Positions 38,101 through 51,059 of a stretch of DNA of 64,000 bases are shown here, one piece after another. The DNA comes from Chrysomallon squamiferum (Eukaryota > Animalia > Mollusca), in assembly GCA_012295275.1 (NCBI GenBank), contig CM022677.1, positions 4,526,001 to 4,590,000 on the forward strand, read 5' to 3'. The notes beneath the pieces are model-generated. The model made no database searches and was not told where the DNA came from. It saw only the letters and a list, made by a program, of their open reading frames with translations. A program made the position numbers and the translations under genes. The number at the start of each line of letters is the position of its first letter. The stretch's first letter is position 1.

Positions 38101-39768
38101 AAAAAAAAAAAAAAAATGTAAATAAGTTAACTACATTTATGTTCTTATTTGTTTTAGTTGCAGGTGTTTATAATATCTTTTAAAACAATAAAAAGACCAT
38201 TGGCAAAAAAAAAAAAAAATAACAGGTTTGGACTACATGGACCAGAAGGAAGCAGCCAAAAAGAAACAACAGCAGCAGCAGCGAAGAGCAGAACAAGCAG
38301 GACGCAAACAACATGGAGCTGGTGATGACTGGGAGACTGTGCCGGAGACATTAAAGACCATTTTGAAAATAACAAATAAATTGTTGTTATTTATGAATTA
38401 TTTTGTTTTGTGTTATTGCAGGATAAACAAATACATTCAGATTATTTCACTAGTGAAAATATTTAACATTTAGCATGTCCTGTGTTTAAAAAAGAAGTAA
38501 ATAAGTGACATGTCTCACATTGACTGGAGTCTTTCTGGAGTCTTGAATTCTACCAGCAACTTCTTGGTGAACACTTGTAAAAAGAATAAAAAATAAAAAT
38601 ACTTTTAAAACTGTGTGTATGAAGACAAAACAAACAAGTGAGAGTGTTAAATGAAAACTGTGAAGACAAAACAAAAAAGCAGCAGTAAGTGATCACGTGA
38701 CACTAACAAATCTTTCACTAACTAAACTGTTGGAAAATTTGTGATTCTCTTTTAAAAACTGTATTATCAGGTTAAGTTATGCTATATACTGATTCTGTTT
38801 CATTTAAACTGCAAGCACAAACCTGTATTTAAAGATTCTTTTAGCATTCTTACAAAAAAAGTTTTGATATTTGATGAATCCAGTTTTAAATAGCTTGATG
38901 ATGAAAATAATACAACATAAACCAGAAGGATATCAAAATTAAACATGAAATTATTGACCTCGTCATACTTGTTACAGCTGCAGAAACTACATTTCTGTCT
39001 GAAAACAATCTAGACTTTGCTGATGGTCAGAAAGGATGTCTTCTCTACAGTTTACACTGCATACAACTTATCATTGCATTTGCAAAGCTTAAATTAATAA
39101 AAACACGTCTAAGTCACAAGAGAGATTAACTCACTTTGGTTTAATTAGTACAGAAGAAAGAAATCCTCTCATTTTAGGTGAAAAAAAGAAAAAGTTTTAA
39201 AAAACATTTCTTACAAGAGAGTTCATTTCAAACACTGAAATTACAAATAATCAATGTAGTTAATTTATATTTGATTTGAATAAAAGATTTATTTGTCAAT
39301 TTTAATCTATTTTTTAAAGATTTAAAACATGATTCTTTTTCACATTTCCTAGTTTTGGGGGTTTTTTGGTTGGGGTGGGGGAGAGGAGGGGACATAAAAT
39401 TAGGGAGTTAGCTGTGTGCATCATCAAACTTATGCACAACACTACATCTGTCAGTGAACATTTGTGTTTTATAACCAAATCAGTTCTGTCAGATAGTTTT
39501 AGCAATAAACTAGCCTAAAAATATGAAGCTAAAATTTCTTTCCTTAATTAGAATCAGAAAGTTAGCCTTTTATGGGCCTCAGTACTTAGATATAACTTCC
39601 TTTTCACAACCTGTCAGATTGCTTCCCTTTAATTTGTATTTTACTCAACTTATTCTAAAACGCTTTATATTAATTTTCCAAATATTTTTTTTATTTTCTG
39701 ACGACTAAAATAATGAAAAATAAAAAATAAAAATTTAGAAAAAAATAAAAATTTAATACTTACGACAT
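32143..39768 (-). CDS. Stand-alone A1CF/RBM47/RBM46/DND1-type dsRNA-binding-motif protein, ~128 aa, 5 coding exons
   Basis: Coding exons 39768-39764 (ATG TC|gtaagt), 38573-38519, 33698-33591, 33432-33318 and 32246-32143. All are GT-AG and phase-consistent (2,0,0,1) with no stops: MSVHQEVAGRIQDSRKTPVNLLEEVCEKNLWGKPVYELDSVNHRTAAGERKLFFFKVTIPGQRKTIRSHKLSRIIEEAEISGAEYVLSRLGVSRNPQYPGAHGYQTYHSIPQQPSLYEYETYHRIPQQ*. Matches the A1CF dsRBM pattern ILEEICQKNNWGQPVYQL..LFLYK.TIP..KLS..+EA...AEY.L..LG. Confidence 0.8.
33020..33315. repeat. 53-bp tandem repeat, ~5.5 copies, starting at a splice donor
   Basis: Unit gttacatacatcaaagaagtgagtacttactgttgagtctgagacatgcaagt. It abuts the donor of exon 33432-33318. 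Confidence 0.95.
33318..33432 (-). CDS. dsRBM exon 2 (VTIPGQRKTIRSHKLSRIIEEAEISGAEYVLSRLGVSR)
   Basis: 115 nt, ctttcag|...|gtgagt, open. Confidence 0.88.
33591..33698 (-). CDS. dsRBM exon 1 (LLEEVCEKNLWGKPVYEL...KLFFFK)
   Basis: 108 nt, tttttacag|...|gttggt, open. Confidence 0.88.
34960..35100. mobile_element. Degenerate SINE body (gastropod-type, from recall)
   Basis: cata-gacaggacagcac-ttccacag...ctgggatggaaaatagccaaaggg resembles the abundant 'cacagacaggatagcacataccacgg...gaaatagcccaatggg' SINE segment I recall from snail genomes. A similar trace lies at ~1515-1580. Confidence 0.35.
35116..36566 (+). mobile_element. hAT Buster/Charlie element, 5' part
   Basis: Left end CAGGGATTCCCAAC..GCGCCCCC..GGGGGCGC. 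Transposase remnant YLKYGFISSANNKQRLM..EKVLFNEAMKPSKL..KMNPHK and DDGLICSYNISKMTARSGKPRSIGE (cf. ASYNISLLIAKSGKPHTIGE). Internal 22-bp repeat at 35342-35475. Confidence 0.85.
36567..37930 (+). mobile_element. 3' end of an RNase H-containing non-LTR retrotransposon (I/Nimb-like)
   Basis: HIYTNGSK..GKVGFAF..HLSVYTA, VIFSDSLSSVISI, PAHVGIIGNELAD, KQWQNEWN, RTG and the CCHC knuckle CSCGLSETMKHYLFHC, then a short 3' UTR. Contains a ~123-bp in-frame tandem duplication at 36837-37225. Confidence 0.9.
38780..39200 (+). mobile_element. hAT (ZMYM1/Tip100-like) C-terminal dimerisation-domain fragment
   Basis: AFAKLKLIKTRL..SQERLTHFGLISTE (cf. SFSKLKLIKTYLRSTMSQERLxxLxLISIE). Confidence 0.65.
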
Positions 39769-40239
39769 GACTCTTATTTCAGGTTATATCACTTTCTGTT
39801 GATTCCGTTTTACTGAAATAATTTAACATTAAAAATACATTAACAAACTTTCATTATTACAAAAGGTCAAAGCATAGGACATGGTAATACAAATTTATTA
39901 TAATATATTATACTTTATTAAATGTATGTCGAAAATAAATAGTGTACGTTAACAGGTTTAAGGTTAAAATATTATTTCGAAGACACTTTTATTATTTATC
40001 CATCTCAAACTGTAAAATCTGAAATAACTTATTTAAACAAAAAATAAAAATAAAAAAATAAGAAAAAAACTATATTAATGTAATAAATATAATTAGCACT
40101 TTTAAAGTTGTAATGTTGGTGATTAATTTTGTTTTACTGAAATTTTCCTCGCCCGTTTTTTATTAATTCATCTATTAAAAGACCCCAAAAGAGACATTCA
40201 TTGATTTACCACGGATACAAAAGTTAAAACTGAACATGT

Positions 40240-40400
40240 TTTGGAAAATCATCAGCGAGATTTCAGCTCAAAAAGTAGTTTTTCAACCTACCTTCGATCG
40301 ATGCAGTTATTTGCGCGCCAGTATCGCCATGAGACTTTTTCGCACATGCGCAGTTGACACACTCGTGGGGATTTCGTCAGCTGTTACCATAAGTTAAACA
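40240..40400 (-). promoter_or_regulatory. CpG-rich promoter / non-coding first exon of the dsRBM gene
   Basis: Local CpG cluster in CpG-poor DNA. NRF1-like tcgcacatgcgca (~40340-40352), E2F-like tttgcgcgcca (~40310-40320) and MYB-like cagttg. Donor AAG|GTAGGT at 40292, facing the acceptor at ~39813. Confidence 0.6.
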
Positions 40401-40586
40401 AGGCTTTTAACCTACTAATTAGATTAATAATTAATTTCTGTACAAAATGATCTGAATAAAATGTCCGATTGCAATATACATATTACATACATACCATGGC
40501 CGTAACTACACTGAGGAAAAATAATTTTGTATCTGTATAAATGAACTATCTATTGTTTTACAGATTTTTTTTGTTTCTATTAATTA

Positions 40587-41392
40587 CCGTATATACTTGT
40601 GTATAAGTCGAATTTTTGGGAGACTATATTAAGGTAATATTTTGGGGGTCGACTTATACATAGGTAATGCTTTTGTAGCTGTTGCTGAAGAGTCGCCATT
40701 TTGACTGTTTTTTGCTACGGGATGCATTTAAAATAATCGCGGTCTTTCAGCTTTTCAAAAATATAATTTTATCGTATAAAAAATTTTGAAAAATTAAATA
40801 ACAAAACCAAATATGAATGTAAAACATGATATTCTTCCGTTTAATGACATAAAAATAAATTTTAAAGCGAGAAAACCGTCAGTACGGCGTTATGCCTTAC
40901 GGCGTCTTGCAATGATCTAGGAATGCAGACTTCTCTGCCAAATTGCACTAAATATCGGTCCTAATTTCATAAACAAAACCGACTTGTTTAATTGTAAAGA
41001 ATTTGGTGAAATAATATTGCAATCGTCATTAATATCCACTACCGACAAATTTTGTAAATCATAGAACGGCTAAATATAACGGTAAGTTAGGATTCCATGT
41101 TAGACCTATTACATTAAAGAGATACTATTTATGATACATTTAGGCTATAGCTCGTGTAATACATGCATTTACGTTATGGTATGTTCGTGCAAGTTACAGC
41201 TCGTGCAAGTTATGTTACAGTAGGCGTACAATGTAGGCCTTCGTGGCACTGTCACACTGGTCTAAAAATAGTGACGGTGCCTGGAATCTACAGTCGACTT
41301 ATACACAAGTAATACCTAAAATGACGCAATTTTTGGTCTTAAAATACACATCGACTTATACATAAGGTCGCCTTGTACACAAGTATATACGG
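40587..41392. mobile_element. 806-bp non-autonomous Tc1/mariner (pogo/Tc2-type) MITE
   Basis: TIRs ccgtatatacttgtgtataagtcga and (revcomp) ccgtatatacttgtgtacaaggcga, 23/25 identical. TA on both flanks (40585-6, 41393-4). Internal tcgacttatac repeats. Confidence 0.9.
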
Positions 41393-41517
41393 TAATTTAT
41401 TATTATTATTATTTCTTCTTAAGGGAACTATTAACTTTTTCTTTTATTATTATTATTATTTCACTGAATCATTCTTTTTTTTAAATTTAATTTATTAATA
41501 CATTAGAATTGTCTATA

Positions 41518-42060
41518 TAGTGATAGTTTGATTTACGAGGTTTTCGAGTTAAGAGCAGTTGCCCGGTACATTTATTGATTTGAGTTACGAGCCAAAATCT
41601 GAGTTACGAGCGAGCTTCAGATGTGCGGCTGTCCATTGAATTAAAGCATGAAATCATAGAAAAACATGATCAAAGTGGGCGTGTAGTCGACTTGGCTAGC
41701 CAGTGCCAGCGTAGTACTTGTACGATGTACGATATATACTATACTCAAGCAGGAGTCGAAAAAGGCTGTAACTCCAGCCAAAGGCATTAAATTTAATACA
41801 CTTTACAAAACCAGTATATTTCTTTAGATTGTTTTTTTTTTTTTTTTTTTTTTTTTGTTATATACAATATTTGTCATTTATACATAGTTTTTGCTTATTT
41901 CAACACACGTTACAAAAAAATTGGGTGGTTTTGGATGGGCTGGAACGGATTAATGATATTTCAATTAATTTCAGTTGGGGAAATTGATTTGATATACGAG
42001 CAAATTGAGTTACGAGCTGAGCCATGGAACGAATTAAACTTGTAAGTCAAGGTACCACTG
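41518..42060 (+). mobile_element. Internally deleted Tigger/pogo element
   Basis: Right TIR cttgtaagtcaaggtaccactg|TA and degenerate left TIR TA|tagtgatagtttgatttacgag. CENP-B-type HTH remnant SIELKHEIIEKHDQSGRVVDLASQCQRST..ILKQ..AVTPAKG. Confidence 0.85.
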
Positions 42061-43982
42061 TATTAATAAAATCTATGTTCAGCGTAACAACATATTTGAG
42101 GTAATTTGACGGCAGATGGCGTCATGAAAATAATCATATGTCGGTTATTTAATCAACTAATTAATTTATTTTTATTTAATTATTTTGTAGTGGTTTATTT
42201 GCTTTTTGTTTTGTTTGTTATTGTGTTTGCTATTTGTTTATTTATTTGTTTATTTGTTTATTTATTTATTTATTTATTGTTATGTGCTTGTATTGTACTA
42301 AGTAATTTTTTTGAATTTATTAAATGAAATGTTTGTGTCTGTTTATTTGTTTGAGTCAAAGTTTATATTTTGTGTGGTTGTGTTGTATTAAGTTATGTTT
42401 TTGAATTTATTTATTAGATGTTATTTATTCCAAAGACTGAGGAATATTTTTATTAGAAATGGTCACAAATGAAATGTTTTTTTTTTCTGAATCTTGATTT
42501 GATGTCCTAATGTTCACAGTGATGTTCATATTTCCACTTATTTATTAATTTGTTTGTTTCTTATTTACTTATCTCAATATCTCAATTTTCCTCCTAACTA
42601 AAACAGTTTTTTATTACTTACAAACTAATAATAAAAATAAAATAAAAAAAAAAAAAAAAGAAGAAGAAGAAGAAGAAAAACAAAATAAAAACATCCAGGA
42701 TTCATGCAACAGATTAGAAATAAAAAAGATTTTCATATGAAATAAATTTTACTGATCAGTCATTATTGAACTGAGGTGTTCCTTTTTACATAATTATTTA
42801 TAAAATAAAAAAAGAAAGTAAGGAAGAAGAAGAAGAAATAAAAACACCCAGGTATGATGTAGTGGATTAAAAAAAGAAGAAGAAGAAGAAGAAGATTTAT
42901 GAATGAAATACATTTTACTGATAATTCATTCCTGAACTGGTGTCATCCTTTTTACAACTTTTGTCACCGTAGGCTGCAGTTTTGTGTTTTGAACATGATT
43001 TTTTTTTTTTTTTTTTTAACTTATGATTTCTGAGTTAAAGTGCATTTTGCACCTGTGCGGTTACAGAGAAGTACAGCAAATCAAGGTAATATTTTTCAAG
43101 ATAAAAATCATTTGTTCTGATAATCATCATTATGAAAAGTGATTTTCATCATCCCACAATTTAATGATTTTATTTCTGCTGGCAAACGTTTCAAACTGTC
43201 GTCAACTTGTTCTAATTTCATTTACATTTAAACATATACAATGTTTTTTAAAGTTTTCTGCATTTCATTTGGCAACGTAAAGAGTTATAAACTAATGAAG
43301 AAGTTTAAATGACTTTTACTTCAAAATAAAAATCAAGACAAAATCGACTGAATGCTTCATGCAAGCAAGATATTGATATGAACATCTCGTTATTTTCAAC
43401 ACAACTGTGACGCTGAAATAAAACAGCAATGGTTTCCCAGACGTTTTTGGAAGAGTATATTTAAATGAAAAATGTCTGCTACCTGTTTATCTTGTCTGTC
43501 GTGTTGAATTGGACTCAGTTTGTTTTGTTAAACATTAATATGCAGTTTCACATGCACGCATGTAGCACTCACTTTACACGCACAGAAACGCAAAAAACAC
43601 GAACACGAACACGCACAGAGATTAATAATAATCAGAAGAAGAAGAAGAAGAACGTATAGATTCTCTTCAAGGTCATCGAGAAACGTGTTTGTTACGCAGC
43701 CGAGTGTTAAAATTTTATTTTTTAATTAATCGAAATCTAATAAAAATTTTATTCTTAAATTCGTTAAGCTACTTGTCTCCCTCTCTCCCTTTCTCCATCA
43801 TTGTTTTTTCGAACGAAGTACTTCAGTTTATTCTTTCAATCCATGCAAAAATAAATAACTTACTAAATAAATAAATAAAATAAAATAAAATAAAATAAAA
43901 GAAATCGAGTGAAGATATAAAATGTATTACGTATTTCATTGAAGTGTTTCATTAACAACAACAACTAATAAATAAATCAATA

Positions 43983-44025
<43 letters not shown>

Positions 44026-44361
44026 CACATTTCTCTTTAATACAACACTTATTTAGTTTCTTCTTATTATTATTATTATTATTTAATACACAGGCAGTAA
44101 TTTTATTTAAAATTTAACTTTACAAACAATGAATATTTAAGTTAAAAATATTAGAAAATACTTATTAGAAGATAATCCTAATTTGTATTTAGAGTTAACA
44201 ACAAAAAAAAAAAATTATACAATATGTAAAATTAATTGTGGGTTGAGACCAAATCACTGTTTTCTGTCTATCATTCCAGATGCCCGTACAAGATATGTTA
44301 GTTGAAGTCCTTTCCTGTCAGATTATTTCAAATATGTTGTTACGATAAACATAGATTTTAT

Positions 44362-44409
<48 letters not shown>

Positions 44410-44997
44410 TATATGCACTATTAATTTAAAATAAATAAATAAATAAATAAAAGTTATTAAAATGTTTCTTGTAAAAAAAATATTAATTAAAATGGCGATG
44501 ACTGATACCAGTGTAACCATATTTGATGATAATTAGTAAAACAGACATTAAAGATAAATGAACAACTCACAATTACAATATTTATTTATTAATAATACAG
44601 GAGAAATCTCTTAAATGTCTATAAAAAATATTAATTTTGACATAAGTTTTCATATTCCATACGTTGCACGTGCGTTACAAAGAACAAGCGTTCGGCAGGC
44701 TGGTGGTGGGGGGTTCATTCTGGTTTTCGACATTTTTCAGGAATGTGTTTAATCACCTTACAATTATTTCTGTAAATTTTATTTTATTTTCTTTATTTTC
44801 TTTCTTTCTTTCTTTCTTTCTTTATGTTTTGTCTTCATTGTTTTGATGATACAGTTATTATTGTTTTGTTTTTTGTTAAGGAATATATGATATTGAAATA
44901 ATGAAATTATGATCGAATTCTATTAGTTACACTTAAATAGCTTCAGTATAAATTTCTTTTTTTCACTAACAGCAGAAGCTGTGTTTGTGTGTGTGTG

Positions 44998-45043
<46 letters not shown>

Positions 45044-45559
45044 CTGATATAGATATAGATAGTAGATAGTAGATTTATTCTGAAATATGATTTGAGTCAT
45101 GTAAGTAACAGATAGATGGATTCCTGAAATGGTGGATTTCTGGATTTCAAGGATCAGCTGGCAGGCAGTTAATCGGAATGAAATAAATAAATATTCACAC
45201 AAACTAGATATTTACATAGATTCAAAAACTGGCAGATATAAATAGATAAAGAGATAGATAAATATACAGATATATATATACATACATACATATATACATA
45301 CATATATAGATATAGATTAAAAATAAATTTTTATAATTTTCTATCACTGAGATAGACAGAGTCACAGAAAGTGATACAGAGACAGGATGAATATGTGGAT
45401 ATACCTATGAATGAAAGAAAAATGGAGGAATATCTATTTATCATCTATCTCAGTGTCTCTTTTCCTCACTGTCTGACAGGCTGTCTATAAAGCATATCAG
45501 TCTTTCCACATTTACTTTAAAACACACCAGTCACATTCCAGTCTACCAGTGTATGTTTC

Positions 45560-48555
45560 TGTCTGTCTGCCAACCTATCTACCTAGCCATCCACCTGTCT
45601 TTTCTCTCTCTACCTGTACATCACTCTGTCTGCCAACCTATCTACCTAGCCATCCACCTGTCTTTTTCTCTCTACCTGTACATCACTCTGTCTGCCAACC
45701 TATCTACCTAGCCATCCACCTGTCTTTTCTCTCTCTACCTGTACATCACTCTGTCTGCCAACCTATCTACCTAGCCATCCACCTGTCTTTTCTCTCTACC
45801 TGTACATCACTCTGTCTGCCAACCTATCTACCTAGCCATCCACCTGTCTTTTCTCTCTCTACCTGTACATCACTCTGTCTGCCAACCTATCTACCTAGCC
45901 ATCCACCTGTCTTTTCTCTCTACCTGTACATCACTCTGTCTGCCAACCTATCTACCTAGCCATCCACCTGTCTTTTCTCTCTACCTGTACATCACTCTGT
46001 CTGCCAACCTATCTACCTAGCCATCCACCTGTCTTTTTCTCTACCTGTACATCACTCTGTCTGCCAACCTATCTACCTAGCCATCCACCTGTCTTTTTCT
46101 CTACCTCACCTGTACATCACTCTGTCTGCCAACCTATCTACCTAGCCATCCACCTGTCTTTTCTCTCTCTACCTGTACATCACTCTGTCTGCCAACCTAT
46201 CTACCTAGCCATCCACCTGTCTTTTCTCTCTCTACCTGTACATCACTCTGTCTGCCAACCTATCTACCTAGCCATCCACCTGTCTTTTCTCTCTCTACCT
46301 GTACATCACTCTGTCTGCCAACCTATCTACCTAGCCATCCACCTGTCTTTTCTCTCTCTACCTGTACATCACTCTGTCTGCCTATCTACCTAGCCATCCA
46401 CCTGTCTTTTCTCTCTACCTGTACATCACTCTGTCTGCCAACCTATCTACCTAGCCATCCACCTGTCTTTTCTCTCTACCTGTACATCACTCTGTCTGCC
46501 AACCTATCTACCTAGCCATCCACCTGTCTTTTCTCTCTACCTGTACATCACTCTGTCTGCCTGCCTATCTACCTAGCCATCCACCTGTCTTTTTCTCTCT
46601 ACCTGTACATCACTCTGTCTGCCAACCTATCTACCTAGCCATCCACCTGTCTTTTCTCTCTCTACCTGTACATCACTCTGTCTGCCAACCTATCTACCTA
46701 GCCATCCACCTGTCTTTTCTCTCTACCTCTACATCACTCTGTCTGTCAGCCTATCTACCTAGCCATCCACCTGTCTTTTCTCTCTACCTGTACATCACTC
46801 TGTCTCTTGCCCATCTACCAGCCATCCACCTACATCACTCTGTCTGCCAACCTATCTACCTAGCCATCCACCTGTCTTTTCTCTCTCTACCTGTACATCA
46901 CTCTGTCTGCCAACCTATCTACCTAGCCATCCACCTGTCTTTTTCTCTCTACCTGTACATCACTCTGTCTGCCAACCTATCTACCTAGCCATCCACCTGT
47001 CTTTTTCTCTCTACCTGTACATCACTCTGTCTGCCAACCTATCTACCTAGCCATCCACCTGTCTTTCTCTCTCTACCTGTACATCACTCTGTCTGCCAAC
47101 CTATCTACCTAGCCATCCACCTGTCTTTTTCTCTACCTGTACATCACTCTGTCTGCCAACCTATCTACCTAGCCATCCACCTGTCTTTTTCTCTCTACCT
47201 GTACATCACTCTGTCTGCCAACCTATCTACCTAGCCATCCACCTGTCTTTTTTCTCCACCTGTCTTTTTCTCTCTACCTGTACATCACTCTGTCTGCCAA
47301 CCTATCTACCTAGCCATCCACCTGTCTTTTCTCTCTCTACCTGTACATCACTCTGTCTGCCAACCTATCTACCTAGCCATCCACCTGTCTTTTCTCTCTC
47401 TACCTGTACATCACTCTGTCTGCCAACCTATCTACCTAGCCATCCACCTGTCTTTTCTCTCTACCTGTACATCACTCTGTCTGCCAACCTATCTACCTAG
47501 CTATCCACCTGTCTTTTCTCTCTACCTGTACATCACTCTGTCTGCCAACCTATCTACCTAGCCATCCACCTGTCTTTTCTCTCTCTACCTGTACATCACT
47601 CTGTCTGCCAACCTATCTACCTAGCCATCCACCTGTCTTTTCTCTCTACCTGTACATCACTCTGTCTGCCAACCTATCTACCTAGCCATCCACCTGTCTT
47701 TTCTCTCTACCTGTACATCACTCTGTCTGCCAACCTATCTACCTAGCTATCCACCTGTCTTTTCTCTCTACCTGTACATCACTCTGTCTGCCAACCTATC
47801 TACCTAGCCATCCACCTGTCTTTTCTCTCTCTACCTGTACATCACTCTGTCTGCCAACCTATCTACCTAGCTATCCACCTGTCTTTTCTCTCTACCTGTA
47901 CATCACTCTGTCTGCCAACCTATCTACCTAGCCATCCACCTGTCTTTTCTCTCTCTACCTGTACATCACTCTGTCTGCCAACCTATCTACCTAGCCATCC
48001 ACCTGTCTTTTTCTCTCTACCTGCCTGTCTGCCAACCTATCTACCTAGCCATCCACCTGTCTTTTTCTCTACCTGTCATCACCTGCCAACCTATCTACCT
48101 ACATCCACCTGTCTTTTTCTCTCTACCTGTACATCACTCTGTCTGCCAACCTATCTACCTAGCCATCCACCTGTCTTTTTCTCTCTACCTGTACATCACT
48201 CTGTCTGCCAACCTATCTACCTAGCCATCCACCTGTCTTTTCTCTCTACCTGTACATCACTCTGTCTGCCAACCTATCTACCTAGCCATCCACCTGTCTT
48301 TTTTTCTCTCTACCTGTACATCACTCTGTCTGCCTGCCTATCTACCTAGCTATCCACCTGTCTTTTTCTCTGTCCACATCACCTGCCACCTGTCTTTTCT
48401 CTCTACCTCCACCTGTCTGCCAACCTATCTACCTAGCTATCCACCTGTCTTTTCTCTCTCTACCTGTACATCACTCTGTCTGCCAACCTATCTACCTAGC
48501 TATCCACCTGTCTTTTCTCTCTCTACCTGTACATCACTCTGCCTGCCTGCCTATC
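45560..48555. repeat. ~61-bp pyrimidine-rich minisatellite, ~48 copies
   Basis: Unit ctacctgtacatcactctgtctgccaacctatctacctagccatccacctgtcttttctct, with variable (ct)n/(t)n. Confidence 0.97.
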
Positions 48556-48599
48556 TATCTATCATCAACGCAAACACCCTTTACCTGAATATGTTCTCA

Positions 48600-48830
48600 A
48601 TATGTCCCAACATGCACTTTGCTACAAAAGAAATATGAGAAAAAAAAGAACAGTACAATAGTTTTTACAGTGGAGTATTATGATGTAAGACAAGCAACTG
48701 TGAGATTGTGACCTAGTTGCCATGATTTGTTTGGAGTTATATGAAGAAACCAAGAGCAGTGATCAATATGTATTTGTGGATAGTCAAATAATCAGAGAGG
48801 CATACACTTCTGCACCTTATATCTGCTGTG
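48600..48830 (+). mobile_element. Possible Ulp1-like cysteine-protease remnant of a transposon
   Basis: TVEYYDV.KQL*DCDLVAMICLEL...DQYVF.DSQIIREA resembles VxxQxNxxDCGLFA..A.EL..G.DP...FDQxxMRxHL. Degenerate. Confidence 0.3.
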
Positions 48831-48836
48831 TATGTT

Positions 48837-48868
<32 letters not shown>

Positions 48869-48904
48869 TCTCAAACTGTCTGTCTACCTATCCATATCTA
48901 TCTA

Positions 48905-48943
<39 letters not shown>

Positions 48944-48960
48944 ATATATCTGTCTGTCTA

Positions 48961-48996
<36 letters not shown>

Positions 48997-49133
48997 ACAT
49001 AATTTAGATATCAAGATTAACCAAAATTTAAATATCTTTGTCTTTTGCTTTGAATTTGTTTTATTACCTATATGTCTGTCCATCTATTCATTTATCTGTC
49101 TGTCTCTCTGTCTGTGTATCACACTGTGTGTAT

Positions 49134-49186
<53 letters not shown>

Positions 49187-50165
49187 GTGCTGGTATATTT
49201 TGTGTGTTAAGGAATGCATATGTAATGAAAGGGAATAGATGATTAAGAAGATAAAGAGCAAAAGAGCAATTTTATATATATGTAAGAAAGTGTTGGTATA
49301 CATGTTAAAGAATGTTGAGAAAGGAAACACCTTCTATATTTCCTAAAACAGCATCATTTGTCCTTCTAACTTCTTAATAATCTTGCCCTGTCTCTCTATC
49401 CTGTCTGTCTATCCTGTCTCTCTATCCTGTCTGTCTATCCTGTCTGTCTATCCTGTCTCTTTATCCTGTCTGTCTATCTTTTTCTCTAACCACACATACC
49501 CAGTTTACTGATACATCCATCCAACTAACATATATAAATAAGTAAATATATAAATAAGTAAATAAATAAATAAATAAATATATAAATAAATAAATATATA
49601 TATGTGTGTCCATACTCTGTTTATGCATTTATATTTCCTTCCATTAAGCTGCCTATCATTTATATCAACATCCAAAATTATCTCGGTCTATTTATTTGTT
49701 TGTGTTTCTACTTAAGGAACCAACCATTTTTATCTACTGTTATTTTGTATATAACTTCCTAAACAATGATCTAAGTTTATCAACACATCTGTCTTGCTAT
49801 TTATTTAGCTATGCCTCCATCTAATTATATTTATGTGTGTCTGTATACATATAAGGAAATAAATGTATTTATTTATTTATTTCCTTCCATTCATCTACAA
49901 ACCTTACATACCTTACATCCCTTTCCGCGTATGAGTATTTGAAGATGACAGTCACAGAGATTAACAGACAGGTAGACATGTAAGAAGGTAGATTATCTAG
50001 CTAGGTAGTTGAGAAATTGGCTATTCAGGGATTGCATTGTGGACAAGAAAAAAAAAATAACAGATACAAGAGATCTTTGAACTGATAGGCAGGTAGGTAG
50101 GTAGGAAGATTACTAGCTTGCTAGCTTCATATGTAGACATGTAAACAGGTAGGTAGATGGTAACC

Positions 50166-50224
<59 letters not shown>

Positions 50225-51059
50225 TACACATATATATAGATATAAACATACCTGTCTACAAGTGATCTCCAGCCACATTAAATTATCTTAGCAGCTTTTT
50301 GATGGAAATTGTGTTTAACTGTGGCTACTTGAACTGGGGCTACACTAGCAACTGACAGTGGGCTGTGCACCTCGCACTGAATACTTTGTACTGGACAGAT
50401 GTACTGTGCTGAGAACGTTTGATAATGTCGTCTAACACTTCTTCCCAGTTAATGTGGGTTTTCCAGTTTTAGATTATTTATTACAGGAAACAGTGAGATT
50501 GTGCTGGATTAATATAATAACTTTATTATCAACTACAGATTAATTATACTGAAGATGACAGATGGAGTCAAGTTTTACTGACAAGTTCAGAATTAAATAT
50601 ACTAATGTGATATTTTATTGTAAATTTACTGATCATTGGAATTTCAGTTATGTTCACTGCCTGAAGTGTTGTTTGTATGAATAAATTGAGTAATAGTAAT
50701 ATATATATTATTATAATTATTATTATTATTATTTTCCTTTTTTATTTTCTCAGTATAGTCTATTGTGTAATAAAATGTAAGTTTTGCAGTATATTGTGTT
50801 ATCTCTATAACTACCCTCATAAAGTAAAATGCCAGATTAATATTATTTATTCTCTAGATAAGCCAATATGATTCTAATTAAAAAACATTTATTTTTCTGT
50901 CAGAATAACAGGAACAGGCAATAATTGTGCATTGAGCTAAGAAAGAAAAGAAAAATACTGCTGTTTGGTAAATTTGTTTGAATGTGGAACACAGACAAAT
51001 ACACAAATAGTCCTTTAAAAGTTGCATATACACTCGTTCTTAAAGGTACACAAAACCAG

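Noticed and set aside
50280-50470. Coding-like GC-richer island (minus strand ..WEEVLDDIIKRSQH..)
   Set aside because: Faint resemblance to an integrase zinc-binding region, but too short and degenerate to assign.
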